Numbered from the stretch's first letter, positions 10,031 through 21,288 are shown. The stretch: DNA of 64,000 nucleotides from an uncultured Planctomycetota bacterium (GCA_963849325.1 CAWKHF010000012.1:1184001-1248000); one strand, 5' to 3'. A program made the numbers and translations. Notes: generated by a model from the letters alone, not told the origin.

Positions 10031-11171
10031 TTATTTTTTCGGCTTGCAGTAGCCCAGCGTCATAAGGGCGTAGCCGGTGACGATGTTCGGATCCGCCTCC
10101 ATCCAGTGGGCGTTGTCGTTGCGCCAGCTGCCGTCGTCGCGCTGCCGTCGGGCCAGCGCCGCCGTGAGGTCGGCGCGCCAGTCGTGTTTCTTGCCGCCGG
10201 CGTCCTCGACCTCATCGCGTCCGAGCACATCGAGGCACTTGGCCATCGTGTGATAGTAATAATACAGGCCCCAGTGGCCGCGCACCTCGGGCATGCCGGG
10301 GTTGGCGTCCACCGTGTAGTTCTTGCGGACCCACTCCTACGCCTTTTGGATGCGCGGATCGTCCTTGGAGACGCCGCAGTAGATCAGGCTCTTGATGCCG
10401 GCGTAGGTCATGCTGCCGTAGCCGGGCAGGCCGCCGCCGTCGTTGGGCTTGTCCTGCGTCTTGGTCTGGCCGCCGGCGGCAGGGCTGTAGATGAAACTGC
10501 CGTCGTTGATCTTGCCGGCCCATTTCTGATCGTTGTGCTCGCCTTTGAGGTTCTGACAACGGCTGACGAAGATCGCAGCTTTCTTGAAAGCCGGGTCGTT
10601 CTTGGGAATGCCGGCCGCCACCAGGGCGTCGAGGAAGAACTGCGTGTTCGACAGGTCCGGCCGCTGATTTGCTGTCGTAGCCGGCGCCGCCGTAGTAATC
10701 GTCGTCGCGTTTGCGGCCCTCGCCCTCGTCCCATTGCAAGCCGCGCAGGAACTTGGCGGCGTCAGCGACGACGGCCTTGTAACTGTCGCGTTTGGCGCTG
10801 ACCAGGGCCAGCACGTTGACGCAGGTGACGTAGTTCTGCAACTGCACGCGCGGATCTTTGCCGGCGATGTGGCCGGCCCTGGGGTTGATGAGCGATTCGA
10901 TGTACTTCAAGCCGCGCTCCACCATCGGATCGTCCGGGCCGACCTTGCCTGTCTGGAGCACGCCGGTCAGCACGATGCCGGTGGTGCCGATCTGCTGTTT
11001 GCCGCCCCAGCTGCCGTCCGCGTTCTGCGTCCGGCGCAGGTAGGCGACAGCCTTGTCCACGGTATCGTTCCACTGCTTCGGGTCCGGCCCCGCCTTCGCC
11101 GCGGGCGACAACAGCAGCAGGGCGAGCAGTCCCCATGACAACTTTCCCCAGGTACGCGCATGGCTAATCAT
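10031..11171 (-). CDS. Secreted prenyltransferase/squalene-oxidase repeat protein; frameshifts near 10660 and 10335
   Basis: Signal peptide; [60 protein letters not shown] repeats spread over three ORF fragments. Confidence 0.8.
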
Positions 11172-11222
11172 CGAGCTATCCCCCTTGTTGACGGCCATCC
11201 GTATTGTAGACGAGCCGGCGGA

Positions 11223-11280
11223 CAAAAAAGAACAGCCCGCCGCGCCGGCAAGGGCGAACCCTTGCCCGCGTAGCGGGCTG
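11223..11280 (-). terminator. Rho-independent terminator after groES
   Basis: Minus strand reads cagcccgc-tacgcgggcaagggttcgcccttgccggcgcg-gcgggctg followed by ttcttttttg. Confidence 0.75.
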
Positions 11281-11301
11281 ATGGTAACGTCTTTCGTCCC
11301 G

Positions 11302-11589
11302 TTACTCGACGACGGCGAGGATGTCTTCTTCGGTCATGATGAGATATTCTTCGCCATCGATGGTCACTTCGTTGCCGGCGTAGGAGGTGAACAGGACGCG
11401 ATCGCCTTCCTTGACCTGGAAGGCGGCGCGTTGGCCGTTGTCCAGGCGCTTGCCTTCGCCGAGGCTGAGCACCTTGCCCTGCTTGGGCTTCTCCTTGGCC
11501 GAGTCCGGCAGGACGATGCCGCCGGCCGTCTTCTCTTCCGCTTCGAGGCGTTTGACCACGATCTTGTCATTGAGCGGTACGACTGTCAT
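11302..11589 (-). CDS. groES: Co-chaperonin GroES (no groEL next to it)
   Basis: [46 protein letters not shown]...[37 protein letters not shown]. Confidence 0.97.
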   Translation of the reverse strand: MTVVPLNDKIVVKRLEAEEKTAGGIVLPDSAKEKPKQGKVLSLGEGKRLDNGQRAAFQVKEGDRVLFTSYAGNEVTIDGEEYLIMTEEDILAVVE

Positions 11590-11603
11590 GCCGCTGTGCT
11601 CCT

Positions 11604-12035
11604 TCAGGGTGAAACATCTTGCTGTTGCCCGCCGCTCCCGCGTTTGCCGTAAACGACCGACAAGGCCCGGAGCACGGTGTACAGCACCACATTCTTGCTG
11701 ACTGGCTTGGGGATGACGCTGTAAAAGTGCAGCTGGCACGCCTGACGAATCACGCTTTCGTCGGCGTCGCCGGTTATCAGGATGGCCGGCAACATGCCCT
11801 TGATCTGCCGCACCAACTGTAACGTCTCCATCCCCGTCAGGGTCGGCATGTGCATGTCCAGCAAGGCCAAATGCACGTCCGACTCTCGGACAATATCGAG
11901 CGCCTCTTCACCGGACGACGCCAGCAAGGTACGGAAGCCTTCCGGTTCCATGATGTCGCGCAAGGCTTGCCGGCAACTGGTGTCATCGTCGGCGATCAGG
12001 ATCGAATAATCCGGCGTGTGCGTAGTCGCCTTCAT
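11604..12035 (-). CDS. Stand-alone response-regulator receiver protein
   Basis: [20 protein letters not shown] (phospho-Asp), ILITG, PKP motifs. Confidence 0.9.
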   Translation of the reverse strand: MKATTHTPDYSILIADDDTSCRQALRDIMEPEGFRTLLASSGEEALDIVRESDVHLALLDMHMPTLTGMETLQLVRQIKGMLPAILITGDADESVIRQACQLHFYSVIPKPVSKNVVLYTVLRALSVVYGKRGSGGQQQDVSP

Positions 12036-12129
12036 GCCGCGTACCTCGTCTGGCCGTTCCTCGTATCCTGAGCCTGGCCGGCGGCACGACCACGGGAGGA
12101 TTGCTCCTACGGAGCTAAATCATCTGGGT

Positions 12130-12145
12130 AGCAAAGCTCGTACCG
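12130..12145 (-). promoter_or_regulatory. Sigma54 (-24/-12) promoter for the receiver-groES operon
   Basis: Minus strand CGGTACGAGCTTTGCT is GG-N10-GC and matches the TGGCACG-N4-TTGCW consensus, about 95 bp upstream of the ATG. Confidence 0.65.
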
Positions 12146-12275
12146 CCGTCTCATCGAGCGAGGTCGAATGACCTAACTTCTTATGTCAGTAGATCATTCG
12201 TTTTAGGATAAATCAAGTCCCCATCCCCTTCTCGGTTGCCAAAAAATCGCCAAGCTGCCAGTCTGTCCCGACGCG

Positions 12276-12290
12276 CTGTCAATGTGACAG
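12276..12290. promoter_or_regulatory. Palindromic site, candidate enhancer (UAS) for a sigma54 activator
   Basis: CTGTCA-atg-TGACAG about 130 bp upstream of the -24 element, with TGCCA half-sites and an AT-rich IHF-like tract in between. Confidence 0.4.
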
Positions 12291-12298
12291 GAGAAGAC

Positions 12299-13333
12299 TT
12301 ATTTTTTGTCGGCTGCGGCGGGTGCGGTTTGTGGACGCGGGGAGACCCAGAGCTTGTCGGGATTAAAGTCGTCGTCGTCGAGATTGAGGGGTGCTTGCAG
12401 GCGGTCGTAGCGGTAGTATTCGACCTCCTGGCCCTTGTCATCGTAGGTGACGACGAGCAGCGGCAGCTGCCAATCGGGGTCGAAGCACATCAACCGTCGG
12501 CCGCCGCGCGGCAGCTCCGGCTCGGCGCCAGGGGGGATGATACGTTCCAGCGTTTCGACCGGCTGCGGATATTCGGGCCGACGCTGCGGCGCGATGGCGG
12601 TCAGGGCACCCAACCGGCGGTCGCCGCGTTCCTGAGCGTCGAGCAGGGCGGTGAGAGATTCGACGCAGTGGCCGATGCCGGCATCGGTGATGGGGTGGCG
12701 ACTGGCGGAGCGGGCGAGAATGCTGTCCGGGGCGACCGCGATGCGAGCGCCGGCCGGCATCAGCGGCGCGTCGCCGGCCGCCAGTTTGGTATGAATCTTG
12801 TTCTCATAGCGTCCCTTCACGTACACCACTTCGCGGCCCTTCTTCGTCTCGCCCAGCCATTTGAAATGGACGCTCCACGGCTCTTTGCGGAACTTGAACA
12901 GCAGGATTTCTTCGGGCTGCGCCTTGTCCTTGAGGTATTCGCGGCGAGTCAGGCGAACGATGTACGAGTCGAGGACGGCGCAGCGGACAGCCGCCTGCTG
13001 GAGCAATTGTCGGGCCGTGTGCGGCGGCGTCTGGGACAGGGATGCGCCGGGCGTTGGTGTTGGCGTTTGCGGCGGAGGCGTCGGCGCAGGAGGTGGACTT
13101 CGTCGTACTCGGCTGGTTGACTGGGGGCGACGGCACGGGAACAAGAGGGATGTCCGCCCGCGCTACCGCGTCATCCGGGATGCGCAGCTCCGGTGTGGGA
13201 GGTTCGGCGACCGTCCGCAGTCGCGGCCGGTTGGTGGTATCGATGCCGCCGGGCAAATCGCCCAGGCCGATGCACCCGGCCAGGACCACGCATATCGTCC
13301 CGGCCGCCGCGCAGCGAGTTTGCCGCCGATCAT
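12299..13333 (-). CDS. DUF1571-like probable lipoprotein; frameshifted, start approximate
   Basis: Lipobox-like VVLAGC; Pro-rich linker; EEILLFKFRKEPWSVHFKW...GREVVYVKG, SRHPITDAG, VEYYRY, LDDDDFNP. Confidence 0.7.
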
Positions 13334-13410
13334 CGCGCCTTCCTTCCGTGGAGGACCAGCGCCCGCCTCCTGCGGACGCGAAGCGGCACTCTACAGCAAA
13401 GAGGACGGGC

Positions 13411-13429
13411 TGACAAGATGACAAGGTGA
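13411..13429. repeat. Solo arm of an 8-mer tandem repeat (TGACAAGR)
   Basis: tgacaagatgacaaggtga in the intergenic region. Confidence 0.4.
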
Positions 13430-13468
13430 ACCAGCCGCTCTCCGCGCCCATCCACCCGTCGAGGAACC

Positions 13469-14489
13469 TTACTGTCCGCGCGAGGCGGTGCCGTGACGCG
13501 AGGCGGCGATACTGGTGCCTTCGGGCAGCGCGCGGCCGGCAACCACGATGTCGCGCTCGTGCATGTAATCGCGGAGCTTGCGATAGAGCGGGAAGCTGTC
13601 GGGATAGACGCACAGCGTCACCGCCGTCTGCGACGGCTCGATGCCGTCGATGACGCGGCGGAAGTCCGAGCCGGGCGCCAGCGCGGCCTCCAACGCCTCG
13701 CCGCGATCCGGCGTCAGCGGCTCGACTTCCCACGAGCACTCGGGCTTGCGGCTAAGAGTCGTCCATCTCCAAAGAATAGCGCAGGCGAAACGGGCCAATC
13801 GGCTCGGTGACGCCGCTCCACTTGCCGGTGTTGCGCAGCGTGTCGCCGCCCTGGCCGTGCAGCGCCCGTTGTAGCTCGTCGAGAAAACCGCCGATATCGA
13901 CGAGGGTAACACGGCCGCGGCGGCACTCGAACAGCAGCTCCTCCGACTGTAAGGGGTGGCTCACCGGCGTGCGATAGCGCAGGGTCTGCTTGAGGGACGG
14001 GGCCTTGCGCAGCGCCTCGATCTCTTCCATCACACGCTGGCTGCGCGCGCGGATCTCCGACAGCGACAGCGAGGCGACGCGGACGGACTGACTCTCCTGC
14101 CGGGTCTTCTCTTCGAGGTCCTTTTTCTCTTTTTCGATCTCCCCGGAATGGGCCGTCAGATGGGCCAGCTCTTCGGCGGTCAGCGTGCTATCCTGGCGAA
14201 GCTTCTGCCACTCCTTGAGCTGTTCGAGCAAACGGGCTTGCGTCTCGGCCAGCTCGCGGCGCTGCCGCTCCAGTTCGGGGGCCAGGGGGTCTTGCGGATC
14301 GGGCAGCTCTTCCACTTCTTCTTGTGTCAATGCCGGCGGCGCCGCCGGCACGACGGCCTTGTACGAACGCGCGCCGACCCAGGCGACGAGGATGAGACGA
14401 AGGATGATGCCGACGACGTTGGCGACAACGTCGAGGAACGAGTCGAAGCTGAACTCGATTTCGCGGACCTTGCGTCGTCGTCGGATCAT
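13469..14489 (-). CDS. ExbD/TolR-like single-pass membrane protein with coiled coil; frameshift near 13750
   Basis: Basic N-terminus MIRRRRK, then FSFDSFLDVVANVVGIILRLILV (Asp in the TM), coiled coil, ELLFECRRGRV...VTLCVYPDSF domain. Confidence 0.6.
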
Positions 14490-14496
14490 GGCTTCA

Positions 14497-17400
14497 TCAC
14501 GGGTTAGCCCCGGTGACGATGTCGCCGACATCGTCGCCGGGTTCGAGGTTCTGGCGCGTCCGCGGCACCGGCAGCGCCTCCAGGGCCGGATAAACCATCA
14601 GGAAGGTGCGAACGTTTTCGGGCCGCACCAGCAGACACACTTGCGGATGATACGGCGGCTCGCCGGGCCGCCGCCCGGACTGACGGCGTTCGATCATCTG
14701 CCGGATGGTCGCCACCAGCGGATTGTTGGCCGCGTCGCTCATGGCCTGGGCGAGCGGGAACGTCTTCTGCGACGGATACAGCACCACACCGTCGGGACGG
14801 CACTCGACGTAGATGGTCCAATCGCGTCCGCCGTGGACCCAGGCCGGCCGTAGTCCGGCCGCCGGCCGGCGCGGCTGATAGCCCGGCGCCGAAGGATTGG
14901 CAAACCGAGTCGGCGTCGGCGACCCCGAACCGCCCGACCCGTCGCCTCCGCCGCCGGCGATCAATCGCTTTCGTGGAGGACGGGGGGCCGACTCGTCATC
15001 CGGCGGACGATCAGGAGGTGGGTCGTCATTTGGCTCGTTCGGCGCAGGCGCGGCGGGGCGTGCGCCGGGCGGCGGCCGAGGCACCAGCGGATCGACGGCC
15101 GCAAAGGCGTCCGAGCGTCCGCCGCCCGCGGACGAGCGCGTCCCCTCGCCGGGAGGACCGCCCATCGTTCCCGGCTGTCCGGTCGCGGTCGGTGCGCCCG
15201 CGGAAGCCCCTCCGGGACCGCCCTGGCCCATCGCTCCCGGCGTGGCGGCGACAACTTGCCCCGTTGCTCCGGACTGTCCGGCGACGCTTCCGCCTGGATC
15301 GCCCGGCTGGCCGGAACCGTTTCCGCCGTTGCCGCCGACAACGGCGTACCGTCCATCCCCAGAGGCGCCCGGCGGTCCTGCCACGCCGGTCCCCGGAACT
15401 CCGCTCCCCGCAGCGCCATTCCCCGGGATGCCGTTGGCTGGATTGCCGGAACCGGCCACACCGCCCAAGACGCCTGGACCGGCCGCGCCGGAGTAGTTGT
15501 TCCCCGGCGGGCCGTTTCCGGGAATGCCGTTCCCTGGAATGCCGTTGCCCGGCACTCCCGGGCCGGCAACCGCAGAAGCGCCGGTCCCCGACGAGCCGGA
15601 GAGGATGCCTCCCGGATAGCCGCCGGCTCCAGCGGGGCCAGTCCCTGGAACTCCGTTGCCTGGAGCGCCATAGCCGGGCATTCCCGAGCCGACCGCACCT
15701 CCAGGGCCGCCGTTGCCGCCGACAACGGCGTAACGCCCATCCGGAGAGACGCCCGGCGGTCCCGCCACGCCGGTCCCCGGGACTCCGCTCCCCGGAACGT
15801 CCCTCCCCGGGATGCCATTGGCTGGATTGCCGGAGCCGGCCACACCGCCCGTGCCGGCAACTCCGGGAGTGCCGATACCCGACGATCCGGAGAGGATATA
15901 TCCTGGATAACCGCCGGTTATGGTTGGACCGGTCCCTGGAGCGCCATTGCCTGGAACACCGTTCCCTGGCATTCCCGCGCCGGCAACACCTCCAGAACCG
16001 CCCGGTCTCGGAGGGCCGTTGCCTGGACGGCCATTTCCTGGATAACCGCCTGTCCCGATCGCACCGGATGCTAACGCCCGAGGCGGCCCCAGGCCCGAGG
16101 AGTCCGAACCGGAAAATCCCGGTGAGCCGGAGGTCGCCGAGCCAGCGCCGTAAGTTCTCCCGGACCCGCGCAGAACGTACTCCCCTCCCGGCACCGCTCC
16201 ACCGTCCGACGGTCCCGCCTCGGCATTCTCACCCCCCATGGAGGGCGCCAGCGCGGCCGAATGGCCCTGTCCGCTGCTGCGAGGTGTACCCAGGCCCGTC
16301 CCGCCCGCACCGGAGCCGTCTCCGCCGCCGGATGAATCGGCAAGAAAAGCTCCCGAGCCACTCGCTGAACCGACCCCGTTAGAAGATGATCCGCCAGCCT
16401 GGCCGGAGCGATTGAAGCCTGGTCCCACCGCCAGGCTGGGCACACCGCCCATCACATTCCCACTGCCGCCTCCTGCCACGCCTCCGCCCGGCCCAAGGAA
16501 GCGCACACCAGCCGGCGTGGACGAACTCGCTCCGCCTGGAACGCCGCCGATGACGAATGGTCCCGTTCCCCCCGGCCCCGTCCCCGTGCCGATAGCGGAT
16601 CCGTAACCTCCGGGAGCCGACCTCATTCCGCCCGATCCCGGCTGGCTGGCTGGACCGTTCGTCCCGTTGGCCAGGGTCGGCGCATCACGGGTCCGGACTC
16701 CCCGGATACCGCCGTCGGAGGAGACCGTCATCGGGCCGTGCAGCGGCGAAAGTCCGATGGGGCGAGCACTGGTTCCGGTTGCGGACGGCGCGGCGGGGGC
16801 GACGGAAGGCGGCGTTCGGGACGCGGTCATCCACGGCTGAGCGCCGGTCTGATCGTCGTCGGCGGGGAAATCGAGCACCCAGTCCTCGTCGATGAACTCG
16901 TAGCCGAAATCCAGCGTCAAGTCCTTGAGGACGGCCTGGAACTGGCAGTAGGTGACGACGCCGCCGGGCCGCACCAGCAACAGCAGATACGGCGTGGCGT
17001 TGGCGCTGCCGGGAGTGCCGGCCATCTTGGCGCGCTGGCGAGCGATGCGGCGTTCGACCTCGGCACGCACGTCGTCCGGCGGCGCATCCTCGGGACTGTC
17101 GTGGCCGATCAGAAACTCGCGCGAATGGACCGGCATGGCTCGGCGCTCGGGGTGGAAGATGACGCCGTCGGCGGTGCATTCGACGTAGAGGGGCCGGCGG
17201 CTCTCGCCGCGCCGGCCGTGGTAGGGCACGACGGAAAAGGTGTGTTGCTCGCGCTGGCGGGCGGCCTTCAAGTCCTTGAGCGCCTGCTCCATCCGCAGCA
17301 GGTCGATCGTCATTCGCTGGAGAGCCTTGCTGGACTCCTTCGACTGCGCCTCGGTCTGTCCGGCCGTGCCGCGCAGCGTGGCCAACGAGCTGCTCATCGG

Positions 17401-17809
17401 CCTGAAGCCGGCCGCGCTCGTCCTGGATCTTGCGGCGCAGGTCGGTGCTGGTGTCCTGCTCGTAGCGCAGGCGGGCGGCGATCTCGCCAAGTTGGTCGCG
17501 GACTTTTTTCATCTGCAATTGCAGCTCGATCTGCTCGCGCGTCAGGTTGGCGTGGACGGCGGCGCGTTTCTCTTCCTTGGCCGCACGTTCCTGCCGTCTC
17601 TTTTGTTCCCACTCGGCCCGGTGGGCGGCCTCGTTTTGCGCACTTTCCTCTTGCAACCTGGCCGCCTCGCGTCGGGCCCGGGCCTGGGCGGCCTGGTGGG
17701 CCTTGCGGTCCATGACGAGCAGGACCAGGATCAGCGACCCCATGGCGCACAGCAGCACGGCCAGGAAGGGGAACGTCGAGACTTGCAGTTTGTGCCGGCG
17801 TCCTCTCAT
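14497..17809 (-). CDS. Large ExbD/TolR-like membrane protein: TM, coiled coil, globular domain, about 650-aa Gly/Pro-rich linker, second copy of the globular domain; frameshift near 17395
   Basis: MRGRRHKLQVSTFPFLAVLLCAMGSLILVLLVM; PLYVECTADGVIFHPE...YLLLLVRPGG recurs as IYVECRPDGVVLYPS...VCLLVRPEN at the C-terminus. Confidence 0.65.
15320..15850. repeat. Internal direct repeat (period about 384 bp) inside the Gly/Pro-rich linker
   Basis: ccgttgccgccgacaacggcgta at about 15326 and 15710; peptide GGVAGSGNPANGIPG...GVPGTGVAGPPG..DGRYAVVGGNGG occurs twice. Confidence 0.85.
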
Positions 17810-19152
17810 GCGGCCTTTCCGGGTTGTATGCGCGGAGGCGGCGGAGCGGCGGCTTGCGGCAGGGCGCCGGCCCGCGCCGTCAGCAGGTGGATGGCTGCCG
17901 TCAGACTATGCACCGCCTGCTCGAACGTGCCGGCGCCGGCCAGCGCCGCCAGGTTCTGCTGCAAGCCCGCCTGCAAGTGCAGCAGGTGCTTCTCACCCTG
18001 CTGCAAGCCGCCCAGAGCCGCCACCTGCGCCGCCAGATGCTCTCGCCGACCCGCGCCAGCGCCGTCTGCTGATCGCGGCCGTAGTCGCGCACCACGCTGG
18101 CCAATGCTCCCAGCTGCTCGAACAGCCGGGCGCTCTGCTCGAGGGACTGTTTTTCCAGGCCGATCAAGCAGTTGGGAATGCGTTTGCAGCGTGCCCTTCA
18201 GCGCCGCCTCCAGGGCGCCGGCCATCTGCTCCTGCTGCCGGCCGGCGGCTTCCGCCGCCCGCCGCTGGTTCTCCGTCAGCGCCCGCGCCCACACGTCGGC
18301 CTGCTGCTCCACGAGCTGCCCGGTGGCGTCGAGCAAGACCTGCGTGTTCTGCCGCAGCGCTTCGACGAACGGGCCGTTGTCGCCGGAGATGCGCTGGAAG
18401 CGGTGCGCCAGTCTGGCGCTCGACCTCGTGATCGACGGCTTCGAGAATGCCCTGCTCGCGCCGTTCGACGAGGAAGCTGCAAAACATGGTAATCATGGTC
18501 AGACTGAGGGCGAGGGCGGTGGCGTCGAAGGCGTAGGACAGGCCGTCGGTGACCTGGCTCATGTTCTTTTCGAGCACTTCCGGCGTCGCCCCGGAGATGG
18601 CGTCGGTGATGCCGAGCACGGTGCCGAGGAAGCCGAGGATGGGGATGGCCCAGGTGATGAAGCGCGTCAGGGCGTAACTGCCTTCCAGCACGACGGCGTC
18701 GCTGTCGAGCAGGGCGCGCATCTGGTCGTCCAGCTCGGCGGCGGAGCCGCGCTGGCAGAGGAAATCGAGGATGGCCCGGATACGCTGGACGAGGAAGGTG
18801 TTTTGCAGTCGTTGCGGCAGGCGGCGCAGTCCGGTCAAGAGGTTGGCCGCTTCGCCGAGTGGGACGGCCCGGCCGTCCCAGGGCGGCAGCACGTCCGCAC
18901 CGGAACGCCCGTTGTTCGACCAAACTCCGCAGCCACTTCGCCCCCAGGGCGCTGACGGCGCAGCAGAACAGGATCAGCTCGACGCCCTCGACGGGGCGTT
19001 CGATGTAGCGGAACAGGAAAGTGTGGCGCAGCGGTCCCTTGTGGAAGAGGAACAGCAAGACGACGGCCAGCGGGCAAGCCGACGACGAAGGCGGCGAGGT
19101 TGGCGCTGGGGCGGCGAACAGTATCGGCGGAGACCGATGGGGAGGATTTCAT
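17806..19152 (-). CDS. MotA/TolQ/ExbB proton-channel family protein with a long helical C-terminal tail; several frameshifts
   Basis: ITWAIPILGFLGTVLGITDAI and GLSYAFDATALALSLTMITMF TM motifs; ATGA overlap with the downstream gene at 17806-17809. Confidence 0.85.
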
Positions 19153-19340
19153 TTCGGGGCCTCGACCCTGTAAGTGAGGGGCCTATTCGGAACATCGTCC
19201 GAGGGCGGGCGGAGATTGTAACGATTCCGTCGTCCGACGCCAGATAGCTTCGCGCTGGCACGAGCGGGGACGACGTGATAGCTTACAGTTCGCTTTTCCG
19301 CCGTCTGGAACGCCCTTTGTTACCGAGGAGATGGAACGCC

Positions 19341-20274
19341 GTGCGCGTCAATGGCGTCGAGCGCTGCCTTGCCGGCCGGCTCCTGCTCGGCCTGACTTTG
19401 CTGCCTTCGCTCGGCTGCGCCGACGACCCATCTCGCCCGGAACTCGTGTGGGGCCGGCGCGGCGTGCAGAACGGCGACATGGTTCGCCCTCGCGCCGTCG
19501 CCATCGACGCGCACGATCGCCTCTACGTCGTCGATTTCACCGCCCGCATCCAGGTCTACGACCGTGAGGGTCATTACCTCGGACCCACCTGGACGACGCC
19601 GGACTACCGCAACGGCCGGCCCAGCGGTCTCAGCATGGACCGTGATGGCAACCTGATCGTCAGCGATTCGCACTATCACTGTTTCCGCATCTACTCGCCC
19701 GACGGCGTCGAGCTGCGCAAGCTGGGCGGTGAGGGCGGCACCGCTCCCGGTCAACTCGGTTACGTCAGCGATGTCGTGCAGGATAACGAGGGAAATTACT
19801 ACGTCGCCGAGTTCGGCGAGAACCAGCGTATCAGCAAGCTCGACGCCAACGGCGTAGTTCTTGCGTTGCTGGGGGAGCAAGGGGACTGAACCAGGGCAGT
19901 TTTCGCGCACCGCGCCCTCGCCCTCGGGCCGGATGGCAACCTGTACGTCGCCGATGCCTGCAACGACCGCATTCAGGTGTTCACGCGCGACGGTCAGCTC
20001 GTCCGCTGCTGGGGACAATCGGGTTCCGAGCCGGGACAGCTCAAATATCCGTATGATCTGGCGTTCAACAAGGACGGGCGTTCTGTACGTCGTCGAGAAC
20101 GGCAACAACCGCGTGCAGAAGTTCACCGCGACGGGCGAATCGCTCGGCTGCTGGGGCGGTCCCGGCCATGCTCCAGGGCAACTGCATAATCCCTGGGCAC
20201 TGTCCATCGACAGCCGCGGCCGGGTCCACGTCATCGATACGGAAAATCATCGAGTGCAGCGAATCGCGTTTTGA
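19341..20274 (+). CDS. NHL-repeat beta-propeller lipoprotein; frameshifted, start approximate
   Basis: SLGC lipobox-like; RPRAVAID, LYVVDFTARIQVY, WG..G..PGQ, PYDLA, NNRVQKF, DTENHRVQ repeats. Confidence 0.8.
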
Positions 20275-20400
20275 TTGCCCTACACCTAGTCGGCGGAAGA
20301 AACGACCGCTCTTCCTCCGTGAGGAGGAGGTTCGTCCAGACGAGGAGTTGCCGCATCCGCTTGGGGCCAAAGAAGCGACGGAACGAGTCCGAAGGGATCT

Positions 20401-20630
20401 TCATCCCTGGAAGGGTAGGAATACGACAACCTGGTCCCTGATTTCTTCTTCCGGCATGTATTCCGCGAGGAGCAAGATGTCGGCGATGGCCGAGCCGATG
20501 GACTGCTCATTGGTAGTGGCGATAAGGCCGGGCACGGGTTCTCCCGCCGCCACCCGCTGGTAAGCGAAACCAAACATTGTGTTCCGGTCGTTGGTGAGGA
20601 GGACGCGGTGTCACTGGCCAGTCGGAGCAT
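20401..20630 (-). pseudogene. DUF5615 (PIN-like) toxin remnant with an internal deletion
   Basis: MLRLASD is joined out of frame directly to RVLLTNDRNTMFGFAYQRVAAGEPVPGLI...EEEIRDQVVVFLPFQG*. The span is only 230 bp, and the segment normally found between these motifs is missing. Confidence 0.7.
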
Positions 20631-20984
20631 CGGCCTTCTCTCTGGCCCTGCGGCGTGCCAGCAGTTCATCCGCGCAATGCGCGGACGCTCGGCCTCAATC
20701 TTCGCCCGTAGGATCTCGGCTTCGTCTTGTCGTCGCTTCAAGTAGGCCCGGACTTCCTCGCGGTGCCGGAGGTAGTAAGCGAGGACGGCGTAGACGTCGG
20801 CCAGCACCAAGGTATCGTAGGCGCGGACCATGTCTTCCGGTGTCACGCCGTTCTCGTATTGCTCGACGACCAAATCGAGGCTGATGCGACTGTTGCCGAT
20901 ACGCACGGCGCCGCCTTCGTCCACCCGGAGCGGGGGAGGGTCGGCGTGGAGGGGAAGCAACTCGATCCGTTGACTCTCATCCAT
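20611..20984 (-). CDS. DUF433 antitoxin-like protein; frameshift near 20670
   Basis: GAVRIGNSRISLDLVVEQYENGVTPEDMVRAYDTLVLADVYAVLAYYLRHREEV. Confidence 0.85.
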
Positions 20985-21090
20985 AATCCAATACTCCGCG
21001 GGATGGCGGGAGGTTCAGCCGCTGGGTCTCCGCGTGTGCCTCTCTGGAGAACGTATACCAGCGTCGCGAAGCAGCAAAGGCGAGCGCGGC

Positions 21091-21096
21091 TAGAAT
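21091..21096 (+). promoter_or_regulatory. Candidate -10 element upstream of the VWA-MoxR operon
   Basis: TAGAAT about 190 bp before the ATG; no clear -35. Confidence 0.35.
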
Positions 21097-21288
21097 AGCG
21101 GGCCGAGTCAGGCCTGTTTCCAACAAGGATTGTAAGCGCCAAGCCTTCGATACCACAAGAGCACCGTCTCAAGGGCAAGGCGGCCTCCATAGCGGATTTG
21201 TCCTTGCGAGGGGTCTGCGCGGCCTCCACAATGAGACGGGACAAACCAGGCCTCAAACGCCTGCGATTCACGCACGGATCGACAGCGG

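Noticed and set aside
13469-19152. Canonical Zorya or flagellar MotAB
   Set aside because: No OmpA-like peptidoglycan-binding domain in the small subunits and no zorC/D/E or flagellar genes nearby.
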